Origin: Candidatus Aenigmatarchaeota archaeon
GTDB lineage: Archaea > EX4484-52
DNA: 24,509 bases
Direction of reading: 5' to 3'
NCBI GenBank assembly: GCA_023137195.1
Contig: JAGLPV010000022.1
Location: 1-24,509, forward strand
Made by a program: the position numbers and the translations under genes
The notes under the pieces: model-generated
Seen by the model: the letters and a program-made list of their open reading frames with translations, nothing else
Told to the model about the DNA's origin: nothing
Databases searched by the model: none
Shown here: piece by piece, positions 6,814 to 15,616 of the stretch
How positions within the stretch are numbered: the stretch's first letter is position 1
Layout of the letters: each line of letters opens with the position of its first letter

Positions 6814-6896
6814 TGCACGGGAAGGGATTTGAACCCTCGAACTCCTACGAGACTAGGTCCTTAGCCTAGCACCTTTGACCACTCGGCAACCCATGC
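6814..6896 (-). tRNA. tRNA-Leu, anticodon AAG
   Basis: GCATGGG/CCCGTGC acceptor with discriminator A; D arm TTGCCGAGTGGTCAAAGG; anticodon stem CTAGG/CCTAG with loop CT-AAG-GA; long variable arm; T loop TTCAAAT; no encoded CCA. Confidence 0.95.
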
Positions 6897-6904
6897 GCCT
6901 TATA

Positions 6905-6977
6905 CGAACCTGAAGGGATTTGAACCCTCGACCTTTCACTTAGGAGGCGAACGCTCTATCCGCTGAGCTACAGATCC
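6905..6977 (-). tRNA. tRNA-Arg, anticodon CCU
   Basis: GGATCTG/CAGGTTC acceptor; D arm GCTCAGCGGATAGAGC; anticodon stem TTCGC/GTGAA with loop CT-CCT-AA; T loop TTCAAAT. Confidence 0.95.
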
Positions 6978-6983
6978 TTTTTA

Positions 6984-7256
6984 GTGCAGAAGCACCACAC
7001 AAAAGACAACAACCGCGCCCGGAACAATCGGTGCCCTACCTCAGCCCTGTATCTTATAGGCATGGTTATATCAACTTATGGCTGCTCCTTCACGGTCTGA
7101 CCAGGTTCGCAGATAAAACCACCATACAAGGCAGGGATTCATCGTTCAAACACCAATGAATGAACACGGTGCGCCTCTCGTGTGGTTTTCGGTTCTCTAT
7201 AGACTTAAGCTAAGAGGTACGCCTAACACCTCAACCTATCCTGCAATAACATTTGT
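6984..7256 (-). ncRNA. ffs: Archaeal SRP (7S) RNA
   Basis: Helix 8 TGGTCAGACCGTGAAGGAGCAGCCA; 5' Alu-like segment GATAGGTTGAGGTGTTAGGCGTACCTC; terminal helix TGCAGGA/TTCTGCA. Ends are approximate. Confidence 0.9.
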
Positions 7257-7284
7257 TTTATTTTTTTTTAAATGTTGTGTTTCA

Positions 7285-8121
7285 TCAGGTAAAAACAAGC
7301 AATTGGAACAACCCCCTTATCCCTGGTGCCAGCCCAAGCAAAATTATTATCATCTTCAAAAAATTCTTCTGCTGTTTTGTTATATCTTCTTTGTCTATGA
7401 CATATAGCGCAAAGCCGACGACGATTAGTTTTAAGGGGAACATTATCCATGCCCCGGAATTGTTTAGTGTAAGACCAATGGTTTCCATGCTGTCTATCAA
7501 AACCCGTGCAAGGACATGCTTTTCTGTAAAACTAAAGAATGTCATTGCAATGAAAGTGGATGTTGAGTCTGTCAGATGCGCCAAAAGCGTTGCTATGTTT
7601 AATTTGGAGAAAAAGCTGTGCCGGGTGATTAATCTTAATATCCACAATATTGCTATAAAAAAACTCAAAACTCCGAGCCATACAAAAAATATCGGTGTAT
7701 TTTCAAAGAAAAAGATGATTTTTGAAAAGAAAAATAAAGCAAGGACTAGCCCGGATGCAAACCATGATTTCCAGTAGGGGATTTTGGTTTTGGTTTCGAT
7801 ATAGTGTGATAAAATCAATGCAGGGAAACAGATGCTAAATATTACTGCGTATATTATTGGAGTTATGAGCAAAATTGTTGTGTATACATCCAGGTCTTTG
7901 AGGACTCTCAATATTGTCCCCAGAAGAATCCACGGGAGCAGGGCAAAAATAAATTTATTGTCTATTGCCTGTTTTTGCTTTTGAAAATAGTTCATGAGAA
8001 CGAAAACGCCTGAAACAAATACAATAGCCCATAGGGTGGTATTGACCAGATTGTAGCCTGTGTCGTATAGGATTGGATCAATAATATATTTGTTCAAAAA
8101 AGCAGTAATTTCAGGTATCAT
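7285..8121 (-). CDS. DUF63 family archaeal membrane protein
   Basis: Y.IDPI....GYN.VNT, LRVLKD, ITP.IY, AH..D..STF, EKHVL, LGLAPG.R motifs. Confidence 0.85.
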   Translation of the reverse strand: MIPEITAFLNKYIIDPILYDTGYNLVNTTLWAIVFVSGVFVLMNYFQKQKQAIDNKFIFALLPWILLGTILRVLKDLDVYTTILLITPIIYAVIFSICFPALILSHYIETKTKIPYWKSWFASGLVLALFFFSKIIFFFENTPIFFVWLGVLSFFIAILWILRLITRHSFFSKLNIATLLAHLTDSTSTFIAMTFFSFTEKHVLARVLIDSMETIGLTLNNSGAWIMFPLKLIVVGFALYVIDKEDITKQQKNFLKMIIILLGLAPGIRGLFQLLVFT

Positions 8122-8206
8122 AATATTCTTTTACTGGTGCTTTTATATAACGTAAGTTCCGGATTACTAAGTTTTATAAAAACAATAATTCGTAATATAA
8201 AGTAAT

Positions 8207-9307
8207 ATGAAAATCGGAGTTCCAAAAGAAATAAAAAATAATGAAAACAGGGTTGCCATTACGCCAGCCGGTGTTAAGGAATTAAAACTTAACGGACACC
8301 AGGTTTTGGTAGAAGAAAACGCAGGGGTCGGAAGTGCATTCAGCAATGAAGACTACACAGAAGCAGGGGCAAGAATAGTGCCGGTGAACGATGTGTGGGA
8401 TTGCGAAATTGTAGTTAAAATAAAAGAACCTCTTGAACCGGAATACGGTCGCATAAAAGACCAGCTTATATTTACATACCTGCATCTGGCTTCAGCTCCG
8501 AAGGAATTAACTGAAGTCATGCTCAAGAGCAATTGCATAGGGATTGCATATGAAACTGTTGAAAAAGGCAAGGTATTGCCTCTTTTGGTGCCAATGAGTA
8601 ATATTGCAGGGCGTATCGCAATACAGATAGGTGCGCAATATCTTGCAAAAACCAATGGCGGACGCGGAGTCCTGATAGATGGTATTGCTGGTGTTGAATC
8701 AGGAAATGTATTGATAATCGGCGGCGGAGTTGTTGGCGGCAATGCTGCAAAAATAGCGGTAGGCCGGGGAGCAAATGTAGTTGTAGTTGATATTGATGTA
8801 GAAAGGCTGAATTACCTGGAAGAAATGCTGAATGGAAAAATAACTACACTTTACTCTGATTCATACAATATTGCTGAGAAAATCCGGTGGGCTGATCTTG
8901 TGGTTGGCGCTGTTTTAATACCTGGCGCCAAGGCACCGACTTTAGTGACCAAAGAAATGATTTCAACCATGAAAAAAGGTTCAGTTGTCGTGGATGTCGC
9001 AATAGACCAGGGTGGTTGTATTGAAACTTCCAAAGTTACAAGCCATGACAATCCAGTGTATCCTGTTGATGGCGTAATGCATTATGGCGTGCCCAACATG
9101 CCTGCTGCGTATCCGCGCACGTCAACTATAGGAATCACTAATGCAACACTGCCTTATCTTCTCAGACTTGCAAACAAGGGATTTGAATCTGCAATGAAAG
9201 AAGACTGTGGATTTGCTAAAGGGATTAATATATACCGCGGGAAACTTACTTACAAAGCAGTTGCAGATGCATTGGGTCTGGAATACACCCAATTGCACCA
9301 GAGTTAG
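8207..9307 (+). CDS. ald: Alanine dehydrogenase (bacterial-type AlaDH/PNT family)
   Basis: MKIGVPKEIKNNENRVA, FTYLHLA, IAYETV, GGGVVG, DVAIDQGGCIETS, VPNMP. Confidence 0.95.
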   Translation: MKIGVPKEIKNNENRVAITPAGVKELKLNGHQVLVEENAGVGSAFSNEDYTEAGARIVPVNDVWDCEIVVKIKEPLEPEYGRIKDQLIFTYLHLASAPKELTEVMLKSNCIGIAYETVEKGKVLPLLVPMSNIAGRIAIQIGAQYLAKTNGGRGVLIDGIAGVESGNVLIIGGGVVGGNAAKIAVGRGANVVVVDIDVERLNYLEEMLNGKITTLYSDSYNIAEKIRWADLVVGAVLIPGAKAPTLVTKEMISTMKKGSVVVDVAIDQGGCIETSKVTSHDNPVYPVDGVMHYGVPNMPAAYPRTSTIGITNATLPYLLRLANKGFESAMKEDCGFAKGINIYRGKLTYKAVADALGLEYTQLHQS

Positions 9308-9398
9308 CAGAATATACACACCGAATATACAATAATATCTATTAAACAAGATGAAAACACAAAATATATTATATTGAAGTCGTATATATATTATAATT

Positions 9399-10106
9399 AT
9401 GGGGACTGTATATTTCAAACTCGAATATTTCAGAATCATCCATTATTTTTATTTTTTTCTTTCGGTTCTTGATGTCATCATAGCATTTGTCGGATGGGGG
9501 AATTTTAGGAAAATCAGTATTGCAGTGTCTGTAATCGGTCTGGTCAATCTGTATTTTTCATATATTTCTGAATTAAAAATACGGGAGCTTTTTGTTGGAA
9601 GCAAAACATACTGGGTTCTATCGCACCTGTTGATTGTCATTCTGACTGTTGCTTATTATTTTATATCGATTAGTAAAATCCCCTTTCCTGTATTTTTACA
9701 GACTATGTTCCTGCTTACATGTTATGTTAGTATATTCAGTTCATTGATTCTTATTTTTATCAGATTTGACTTCACAAGGAAGATGCTTTTATTCTTTAGC
9801 CTTTCAAAACAACACCTGGGGGTGGAAAAAATTATTGTTTTGGAAGAAGAGAAAACTCCTTTGTTTAGGGAAATATTTGCTGCGGTTGATATGGATGTCC
9901 TTAAGTCATATGTGATTGGAACGTCTGATAAGATAGACAACTTGCTGGATGAAATAGAAGATGCTAAAACCACGGGCAATTGCCTGTGGAAAATTAAATT
10001 CCTGTTCATCTATCTCTATGAAAGAAAATTAGAGAATAGTGGAATTTCTTCTGAAAAGGAAAGAATCGCAAACACTATTGCGTATATTAAAAAACAACTC
10101 AATTAA
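9399..10106 (+). CDS. Hypothetical membrane protein (about 4 N-terminal TM helices + soluble C-terminus)
   Basis: 235-aa ORF with a hydrophobic N-half; no family recognised. Confidence 0.6.
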   Translation: MGTVYFKLEYFRIIHYFYFFLSVLDVIIAFVGWGNFRKISIAVSVIGLVNLYFSYISELKIRELFVGSKTYWVLSHLLIVILTVAYYFISISKIPFPVFLQTMFLLTCYVSIFSSLILIFIRFDFTRKMLLFFSLSKQHLGVEKIIVLEEEKTPLFREIFAAVDMDVLKSYVIGTSDKIDNLLDEIEDAKTTGNCLWKIKFLFIYLYERKLENSGISSEKERIANTIAYIKKQLN

Positions 10107-11482
10107 TGATTTTCTAAAGGATATGGGTAATTGCCGCTTATGCACCCCATACAAAGTTCATCTGTTCCTATTGACTTTTTTAAATCATCGATAGAGGAAT
10201 ATATCAATTCATCAGCGCCCAGTTCTTTTCTTATTTCATCAACCGATTTGTCGTGAGCGACCAATTCTTCTTTTGTGGCTATGTTTATGCCGTATTTGCA
10301 TGTTGAAATTATTTTAGGGCATGCTGAAACGATAATTATTTTTTTGGCACCTCTTTTTTTTAGTAATTTTAACATCTGTTTCATTGTTGCCCCGCGGACT
10401 ATGCTGTCGTCTACTAAAAATACTGTTTTACCTCTGATTTCGGAGGAAACATTTAATTTTAATTTTATGTTTTTGGCTCTCAGTTTATCTGTGTGCATTA
10501 TGAATGTTCTTGCTATGTACCTATTCTTTATGATATAATCGCGATATTTCATGCCTGTCTCTTCAGCAAAAGCGATTGCTGAGGTTCTCCCGCTGTCAGG
10601 GACAGGAACCACTATGCTGTCCTTGTCAATCAAATTTTTTTCCATCGCTGTTTTTGCCAGACATATCCCTAAGTTTTCTCTTGCCTTGTATACGCTCATT
10701 TCTTCAATATTGCTGTCCGGACGTGCAAAATAAACCCATTCAAACATGCAATGCGCTTTCTTTGGTTTTTCTTTTATGATTTTTCTTTCAACATTTAACT
10801 TGTGGTCTATGAATATTGCTTCTCCCGGCTGGACATCGCAAAGTTTCTTGTAGTCCAGCGCATCCAAAGCAGCACTTTCAGATGCAAAAAGATAAGATTT
10901 GTCCGGCGATTGTTTTGAGCCCAGCACAAGCGGTCTTATTCCATATGGGTCTCTTAATGCAAGCAAACCTTTGTTTTGGACAAGACACACAATTGAATAG
11001 GCTCCTTTGAGTTTATTCATCAAAAATTTTGCGCTTTCGAAAATATCTTTTGATTTCAAATATTCGTATGCAAATAGTTTTGCTATTAATTCGATATCGC
11101 AATCTGTCTGAAGGCAGATTTTTTTTTCTCTTAAAAATTCTTTGAGTTGATTGTAATTTTGCGTATCTCCGTTGCTTGCAACAGCAATGGATACAGGATA
11201 ATTGATAAAAAAAGGATGCGCGTTTTCTATTCTTGATGAACCTGCTGTACTGTACCGGGTATGTCCTATGCCGATGTTTCCATGCAAGTGCTCAAGATTC
11301 TTTTTTGAAAATTCAAATACGAGACCTTTTTTCTTTTTTACATACATCAGGTCATCGCTATCTATAGTTGCTATGCCTGCAGCATCCTGTCCCCTGTGCT
11401 GAAGACAAACGAGAGCGTTGTAGATATCATAAGATACTTTTGCGTCTTCTTTTTCTGATACTATACCGACAATACTGCACAT
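10103..11482 (-). CDS. purF: Amidophosphoribosyltransferase
   Basis: Ntn nucleophile Cys2, LQHRGQD, GHTRYST, RDPYGIRPL, VYFARPDS, VDDSIVRG. Cys pattern (HCMFE, TCKYG, LCMGC) of the Fe-S type. Confidence 0.97.
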   Translation of the reverse strand: MCSIVGIVSEKEDAKVSYDIYNALVCLQHRGQDAAGIATIDSDDLMYVKKKKGLVFEFSKKNLEHLHGNIGIGHTRYSTAGSSRIENAHPFFINYPVSIAVASNGDTQNYNQLKEFLREKKICLQTDCDIELIAKLFAYEYLKSKDIFESAKFLMNKLKGAYSIVCLVQNKGLLALRDPYGIRPLVLGSKQSPDKSYLFASESAALDALDYKKLCDVQPGEAIFIDHKLNVERKIIKEKPKKAHCMFEWVYFARPDSNIEEMSVYKARENLGICLAKTAMEKNLIDKDSIVVPVPDSGRTSAIAFAEETGMKYRDYIIKNRYIARTFIMHTDKLRAKNIKLKLNVSSEIRGKTVFLVDDSIVRGATMKQMLKLLKKRGAKKIIIVSACPKIISTCKYGINIATKEELVAHDKSVDEIRKELGADELIYSSIDDLKKSIGTDELCMGCISGNYPYPLENH

Positions 11483-11705
11483 TTTATCCTCTGTTAATAT
11501 TAATTACTTGATTAAGAAAATAAATCATTATATATCTTTCTTTTGCCAAAATAATTGCAGTTTAAAAATGAATCGTCCTTAAAAGATAAAAAAAGGCAGA
11601 CTTATCCTATGCAGAACTAATTATCGACAAAAACAATGCTATTATTCCTGGAGAATATTACAAAATATATAGTTAAATTTAAATAGATTAAATGCGTAAA
11701 TACTT

Positions 11706-11921
11706 ATGCAAAACAATAATGAGGAATTATTTGAAGATACAAACCAAAACTGGTTTTATGTTTTGATGGTAGCTTTTATAATATTTGCTTTTGGATATAA
11801 AATAGCCAGGGATTCCACTTTTTTTGATTTAAGCATCTTTTTAATAATTGTTCCTATCATGGTTGCAATGTTCTTCCTCATGATGATTTTCTATCATTTT
11901 ATGAGAAGACATGGTCATTAA
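11706..11921 (+). CDS. Small 2-TM membrane protein
   Basis: 71-aa ORF with two hydrophobic helices; TTTAAATA about 25 nt upstream. Confidence 0.6.
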   Translation: MQNNNEELFEDTNQNWFYVLMVAFIIFAFGYKIARDSTFFDLSIFLIIVPIMVAMFFLMMIFYHFMRRHGH

Positions 11922-12006
11922 CTAAACCTAGTTTGGAGAGTCTGTCATCTGAAGACAATTATTTATCTATGGTTTGTTTATTGCTAAGCATGATTCTTTC
12001 AATACC

Positions 12007-12013
12007 TTTAAAA
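12007..12013 (+). promoter_or_regulatory. Candidate archaeal TATA box for rpl2
   Basis: TTTAAAA centred about 25 nt before ATG 12035. Confidence 0.45.
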
Positions 12014-12034
12014 TATTTTTGTAAATAAAAAGAT

Positions 12035-12742
12035 ATGGGTACACCAATCATTGTACAAAGAAGAGGTAAAGGATCTCTTACTTACAAGGCAAGAAGTCAT
12101 GCTTTTCTTACTGACTTAAAATATCCTTCTCTTACTGAAGCTAAGGGTGTTGTAGAAGATATTGTAACTGACCGGGCAAGAGGTGCTCCTCTACTGGTTG
12201 TCCAATTTAACGATGAAAAACACTATGTGCTTGCAGGGGAAGGAATAAGCACAAAGAATACTATTGTCATCGGGCAAAAATACAATAAAAAAGAAAAACC
12301 TTCTTCGGGTACAATCCTACCTTTGAGTGAAATACCAGAGGGTATGCCTGTTTTTAACATTGAAGTACAGCCAAATGACGGCGGAAAATTAATAAGAAGT
12401 TGCGGTAATTTTGGTTTGATTGTGTCCAGAGATAAGGATAAAATAATTGTGAAGATGCCTTCAAAAAAACAAAAAGCATTTAATCCAAAATGCAGAGCAA
12501 TGATTGGCGTTGTTGCGGGCGGAAAGAGAACATCCAAACCACTTGTAAAGGCAGGAAATAAATTCCATAAAATGAAATCCAAAAGCAAGAAATACCCAAG
12601 AATATCTCCTACGAACATGAATGCACGAGACCATAAATATGGCGGACAAAACTTTGGAAAGCAAAAGACAGTCAGCAGACATGCACCACCAGGAAGGAAA
12701 ATAGGTTCTATTGCAGCAAGAAGAACAGGGAAGAAAAGATAA
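12035..12742 (+). CDS. rpl2: 50S ribosomal protein uL2, archaeal type
   Basis: QRRGKGS, NIE..P.DGGKL.RS.G, A.IG.VAGG.R..KP.VKAG, MNA.DH..GG, APPGRK.G.IAARRTG. Confidence 0.97.
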   Translation: MGTPIIVQRRGKGSLTYKARSHAFLTDLKYPSLTEAKGVVEDIVTDRARGAPLLVVQFNDEKHYVLAGEGISTKNTIVIGQKYNKKEKPSSGTILPLSEIPEGMPVFNIEVQPNDGGKLIRSCGNFGLIVSRDKDKIIVKMPSKKQKAFNPKCRAMIGVVAGGKRTSKPLVKAGNKFHKMKSKSKKYPRISPTNMNARDHKYGGQNFGKQKTVSRHAPPGRKIGSIAARRTGKKR

Positions 12743-12772
12743 GTACTGTTCGTGGCATTTAGAGGGTATAGA

Positions 12773-12780
12773 TATATAAA
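12773..12780 (+). promoter_or_regulatory. Candidate archaeal TATA box for rrp42
   Basis: TATATAAA about 25 nt before ATG 12801. Confidence 0.45.
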
Positions 12781-12800
12781 AGTTTCTTCTAAAATCATTT

Positions 12801-13565
12801 ATGGTACTTAATAGATTGACATCAAAATACATTTCTAAAAAAATATTAGAAGATGGTCGCTTAGATAACAGAAAACTGGATGAATACAGGGTTTTAGATA
12901 TTAAAAAAAATGAAATCAGCAATGCTCTTGGTTCATGCAGGTTAAAATTAGGAAATACAGAAGTTGTATGCGGAATAAAAGCAGATTTAGCAACACCTTA
13001 CTCCGACAGTCCTAATGAAGGAGTTATTGTAACTTCAGTAGAATATATGCCTCTTGCCGCAAAAGAAATAGAAGGCGGTCGACCCGATGAGACTATGGTT
13101 GAAACAAGCAGGGTTGTTGACAGAGGAATAAGAGAATCCCATTGCATCGACATGAAAAAATTATGTGTAACTGAGGGAGAGGAAGTTTGGAGGGTCTGTA
13201 TTGACTGCTATGTAATGGGTCACGACGGTAATTTGATTGACGCATGCGCTCTTGCTTCTGCATTGGCACTTACCTGGTCTACAATGCCAAAAAAAGATGA
13301 AAAAGAAAAGGACAAGCCGTTTCCGATTAATGATTTTCCTATTGCGATAACAGCAAGAAAATACAAGACAAAAATCGTTCTTGATACTACTAAAGATGAA
13401 GAAAAATGTTTTGAAAGCAGACTTACAACAACATTCACAAAAGACGGCAATATCTGCGCTATGCAGAAAGGCGAATGCGGTGGGTTCAGCGTAGATGAGT
13501 TTAATACTATATTGGATTTGTCCTCGAAGAAGCAAAAAGAATTGAGAAAAAAGGCAGGGGTTTAA
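12801..13565 (+). CDS. rrp42: Exosome complex component Rrp42
   Basis: RLDNR...EYR, A.GS...KLG.T.V..G.K, PYSDSPNEG, E.SRVVDRGIRES, DGNL.DA, ICAMQKG. Confidence 0.93.
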   Translation: MVLNRLTSKYISKKILEDGRLDNRKLDEYRVLDIKKNEISNALGSCRLKLGNTEVVCGIKADLATPYSDSPNEGVIVTSVEYMPLAAKEIEGGRPDETMVETSRVVDRGIRESHCIDMKKLCVTEGEEVWRVCIDCYVMGHDGNLIDACALASALALTWSTMPKKDEKEKDKPFPINDFPIAITARKYKTKIVLDTTKDEEKCFESRLTTTFTKDGNICAMQKGECGGFSVDEFNTILDLSSKKQKELRKKAGV

Positions 13566-13577
13566 ATTCTTGCCGGA

Positions 13578-13961
13578 CTAAGCCACTTTTTTAATCTTTC
13601 TTATTGTTATTAAAATTGCGGCTTTGCATGGTTCTTCTTTATTTTCAGGTATTTGTTTAATTATTTGATACCATTTTCCTGATGTAAAATATTCAACAGT
13701 TCCTTTTAATTCGTAGCCGACACAATTTTCTTTCCAGTTTTTGTTCCATACTGCTAAAGCAACATTTGGGTTTTTTTGAATGTTTTTTGTTGTTTCTGCC
13801 ATGTAATTGTTTGTAGCAAGAATCTGGTTTTTACTTACTACTTTTACAAAACCAACAGCAATGCAATGCGGATTTCCCTCTTTGTCTGTAGTTGCCAATG
13901 CCAAAGCGTTTTGTTCGATTAATTTTTTTAATTCTTTATTTAGTTCTTCCATTTTTATCAT
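13578..13961 (-). CDS. Pyridoxamine 5'-phosphate oxidase-like FMN-binding protein
   Basis: LAT.DKEG.PH, T..NI..NP.V.L, GYELKG.VEY..SG. The start may instead be the second Met (13952). Confidence 0.85.
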   Translation of the reverse strand: MIKMEELNKELKKLIEQNALALATTDKEGNPHCIAVGFVKVVSKNQILATNNYMAETTKNIQKNPNVALAVWNKNWKENCVGYELKGTVEYFTSGKWYQIIKQIPENKEEPCKAAILITIRKIKKVA

Positions 13962-14728
13962 TCTTTTAATTTATATGTCCTTGAAATATTATCTGCGTAT
14001 GCTAATTCAAACCCATCTATTTGTTGTTGCTCTATTGCTTTGCCGGCAATTGTTGAGAAGAGTGGCTCTGGTTCCTTGTCAAGAGCAATGTAAAATGCTC
14101 CTGATTTGCTCTCATCATCAATATGAACATAAAGATGAGTTGCATTGTATTTTTTCATTATTTTAATTGCCTCATCGGGGTCGAAGGAAAGTAAAAACTC
14201 TGCAATATCCACAATAAATGTATGTGGAACGCAGCCGGGACAGTCTATCTCTTCTGTTGATTTGCCAAGATGCTTTGCGACTGTTGTAAGTAAAATCTCC
14301 TTTGACGGTGAATCAGCAACTGGCTCGCGCTGTGCATATGCGCGAATGACATGACCGTAATCCCACCATGCCATTATGATTGCATCTTCGGGTGTATTTG
14401 CATTTAGCCAGTCAAGAGAAGGACGCATATTGTCCGGCAAAATCTGGTCGGGGTCTATAACTTCTCCGTCCTTTACATACTGGATTTTTCTCGTCTCGAA
14501 TGTCTTGTTGTTGTGAGTTATTCTTGTGACATTGAGCGTCAGGTTGTATTTTCCTCCTATATTCTCTGTTTCATGGGTCTGCAATGGTTTGTTATTTTCT
14601 GTTCTCTGTTCTTTGTTTTCTTCCTGAATGTTTGTTATTGTTGGTTCTTTTGAATCAACACAACCGCTTGTAAGAATAAGTCCAAGTATTAGAATAAGAG
14701 AAAAAAAGTAAAAAGAATATGATTTCAT
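13958..14728 (-). CDS. Lipoprotein carrying a stand-alone AglB/STT3 C-terminal core domain
   Basis: Lipobox-like LILTSG-C; LDWL..NTP.DA.IMAWWDYGH.I; EA..IMKKYN...LYV; DDESK (DxxK). No multi-TM domain. Confidence 0.75.
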   Translation of the reverse strand: MKSYSFYFFSLILILGLILTSGCVDSKEPTITNIQEENKEQRTENNKPLQTHETENIGGKYNLTLNVTRITHNNKTFETRKIQYVKDGEVIDPDQILPDNMRPSLDWLNANTPEDAIIMAWWDYGHVIRAYAQREPVADSPSKEILLTTVAKHLGKSTEEIDCPGCVPHTFIVDIAEFLLSFDPDEAIKIMKKYNATHLYVHIDDESKSGAFYIALDKEPEPLFSTIAGKAIEQQQIDGFELAYADNISRTYKLKE

Positions 14729-14756
14729 TGGAATTTAAAAAAGAAAAAAGAAGAAA

Positions 14757-15527
14757 TCATTTCCAAAGCCATCCAAGAAGACCCTTGCTTTTCTTTTCTT
14801 TTTGTGCTAAATCTCCTAATCTTTCCTGTTCCTGCTCCATGTTCTGGATTTGCTCCTGCATCATTGTTTTTATTTCTTCATCGCATTCGCATTCTTCTTT
14901 TAGTTGTTTTAATTCCTGGATTTTCAGGCGATTCTGGTTGATTTGACCTTCAAGCTCTTCTGCTGTTTTTGAATCTCCGCCTGCAAATAATCTTGCTATT
15001 GTGCTTCTCGTCTGTATTTTCTCCTCTGCTTTTATTGTTGCCTGAACAGAATTGTTAAATTCGCGTGCTATTGCAGATATCTGTGGTCCCATTTTTCCGG
15101 TAAAGTTCTCCATAGCCAATAAAGCGTGGACCGATTCCCTTACTCTGTTCTGGTTCTTGTAAACATTTTGTTCTTTATTGCCCATGTTCTGGAGTTCCTG
15201 ATCCATTTTTTCTTTTTGTTCCTGGATTCTTTCTTTCAATTGGTTTGTATTTTGGACTTTTTGCTGAGTTGCTATTATATTTCCTTTTCCTTCCTGTCCG
15301 GTATCATTTTGGGCACCTTTTACAGAGTCATTCCCGGGATTTGTTTGTTTTCCTGTTGCCGACACATTATCTGTGTTGTTTCCTCTTTCTTCATCCGTCT
15401 GGTTTGATTGTGGGTTTTCCGCTCCTGTTTCGGATTCATTTGTTCCCTGTGGTCCTGCTGCAGACACAAAAGCACTTAATATAAGCAAAGTGCAAACTAA
15501 AATAACTATTTTATTCATATTTATCAC
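14757..15527 (-). CDS. Secreted protein with low-complexity N-terminus and Q/E/K-rich coiled coil
   Basis: Signal peptide ending VSA; eight N-x-S/T sequons; C-terminal KGLLGWLWK. Confidence 0.8.
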   Translation of the reverse strand: MINMNKIVILVCTLLILSAFVSAAGPQGTNESETGAENPQSNQTDEERGNNTDNVSATGKQTNPGNDSVKGAQNDTGQEGKGNIIATQQKVQNTNQLKERIQEQKEKMDQELQNMGNKEQNVYKNQNRVRESVHALLAMENFTGKMGPQISAIAREFNNSVQATIKAEEKIQTRSTIARLFAGGDSKTAEELEGQINQNRLKIQELKQLKEECECDEEIKTMMQEQIQNMEQEQERLGDLAQKEKKSKGLLGWLWK

Positions 15528-15616
15528 GCATTTATATTGTTATGTCACTTTACATATATAAAAGTTTCGGTTTTATATTGAAATTTCTATATAATTGATA
15601 TTATAAACGGCACAAG

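Noticed and set aside
7156-7777. ORFs 7156-7407, 7253-7777 and the other antisense or overlapping ORFs in the track
   Set aside because: Shadows of the SRP RNA or of well-supported genes, with no motifs of their own.
8154-8164. AAGTTCCGGAT shared with element module B
   Set aside because: Only 11 bp, with no partner arm or flanking similarity; likely coincidence.
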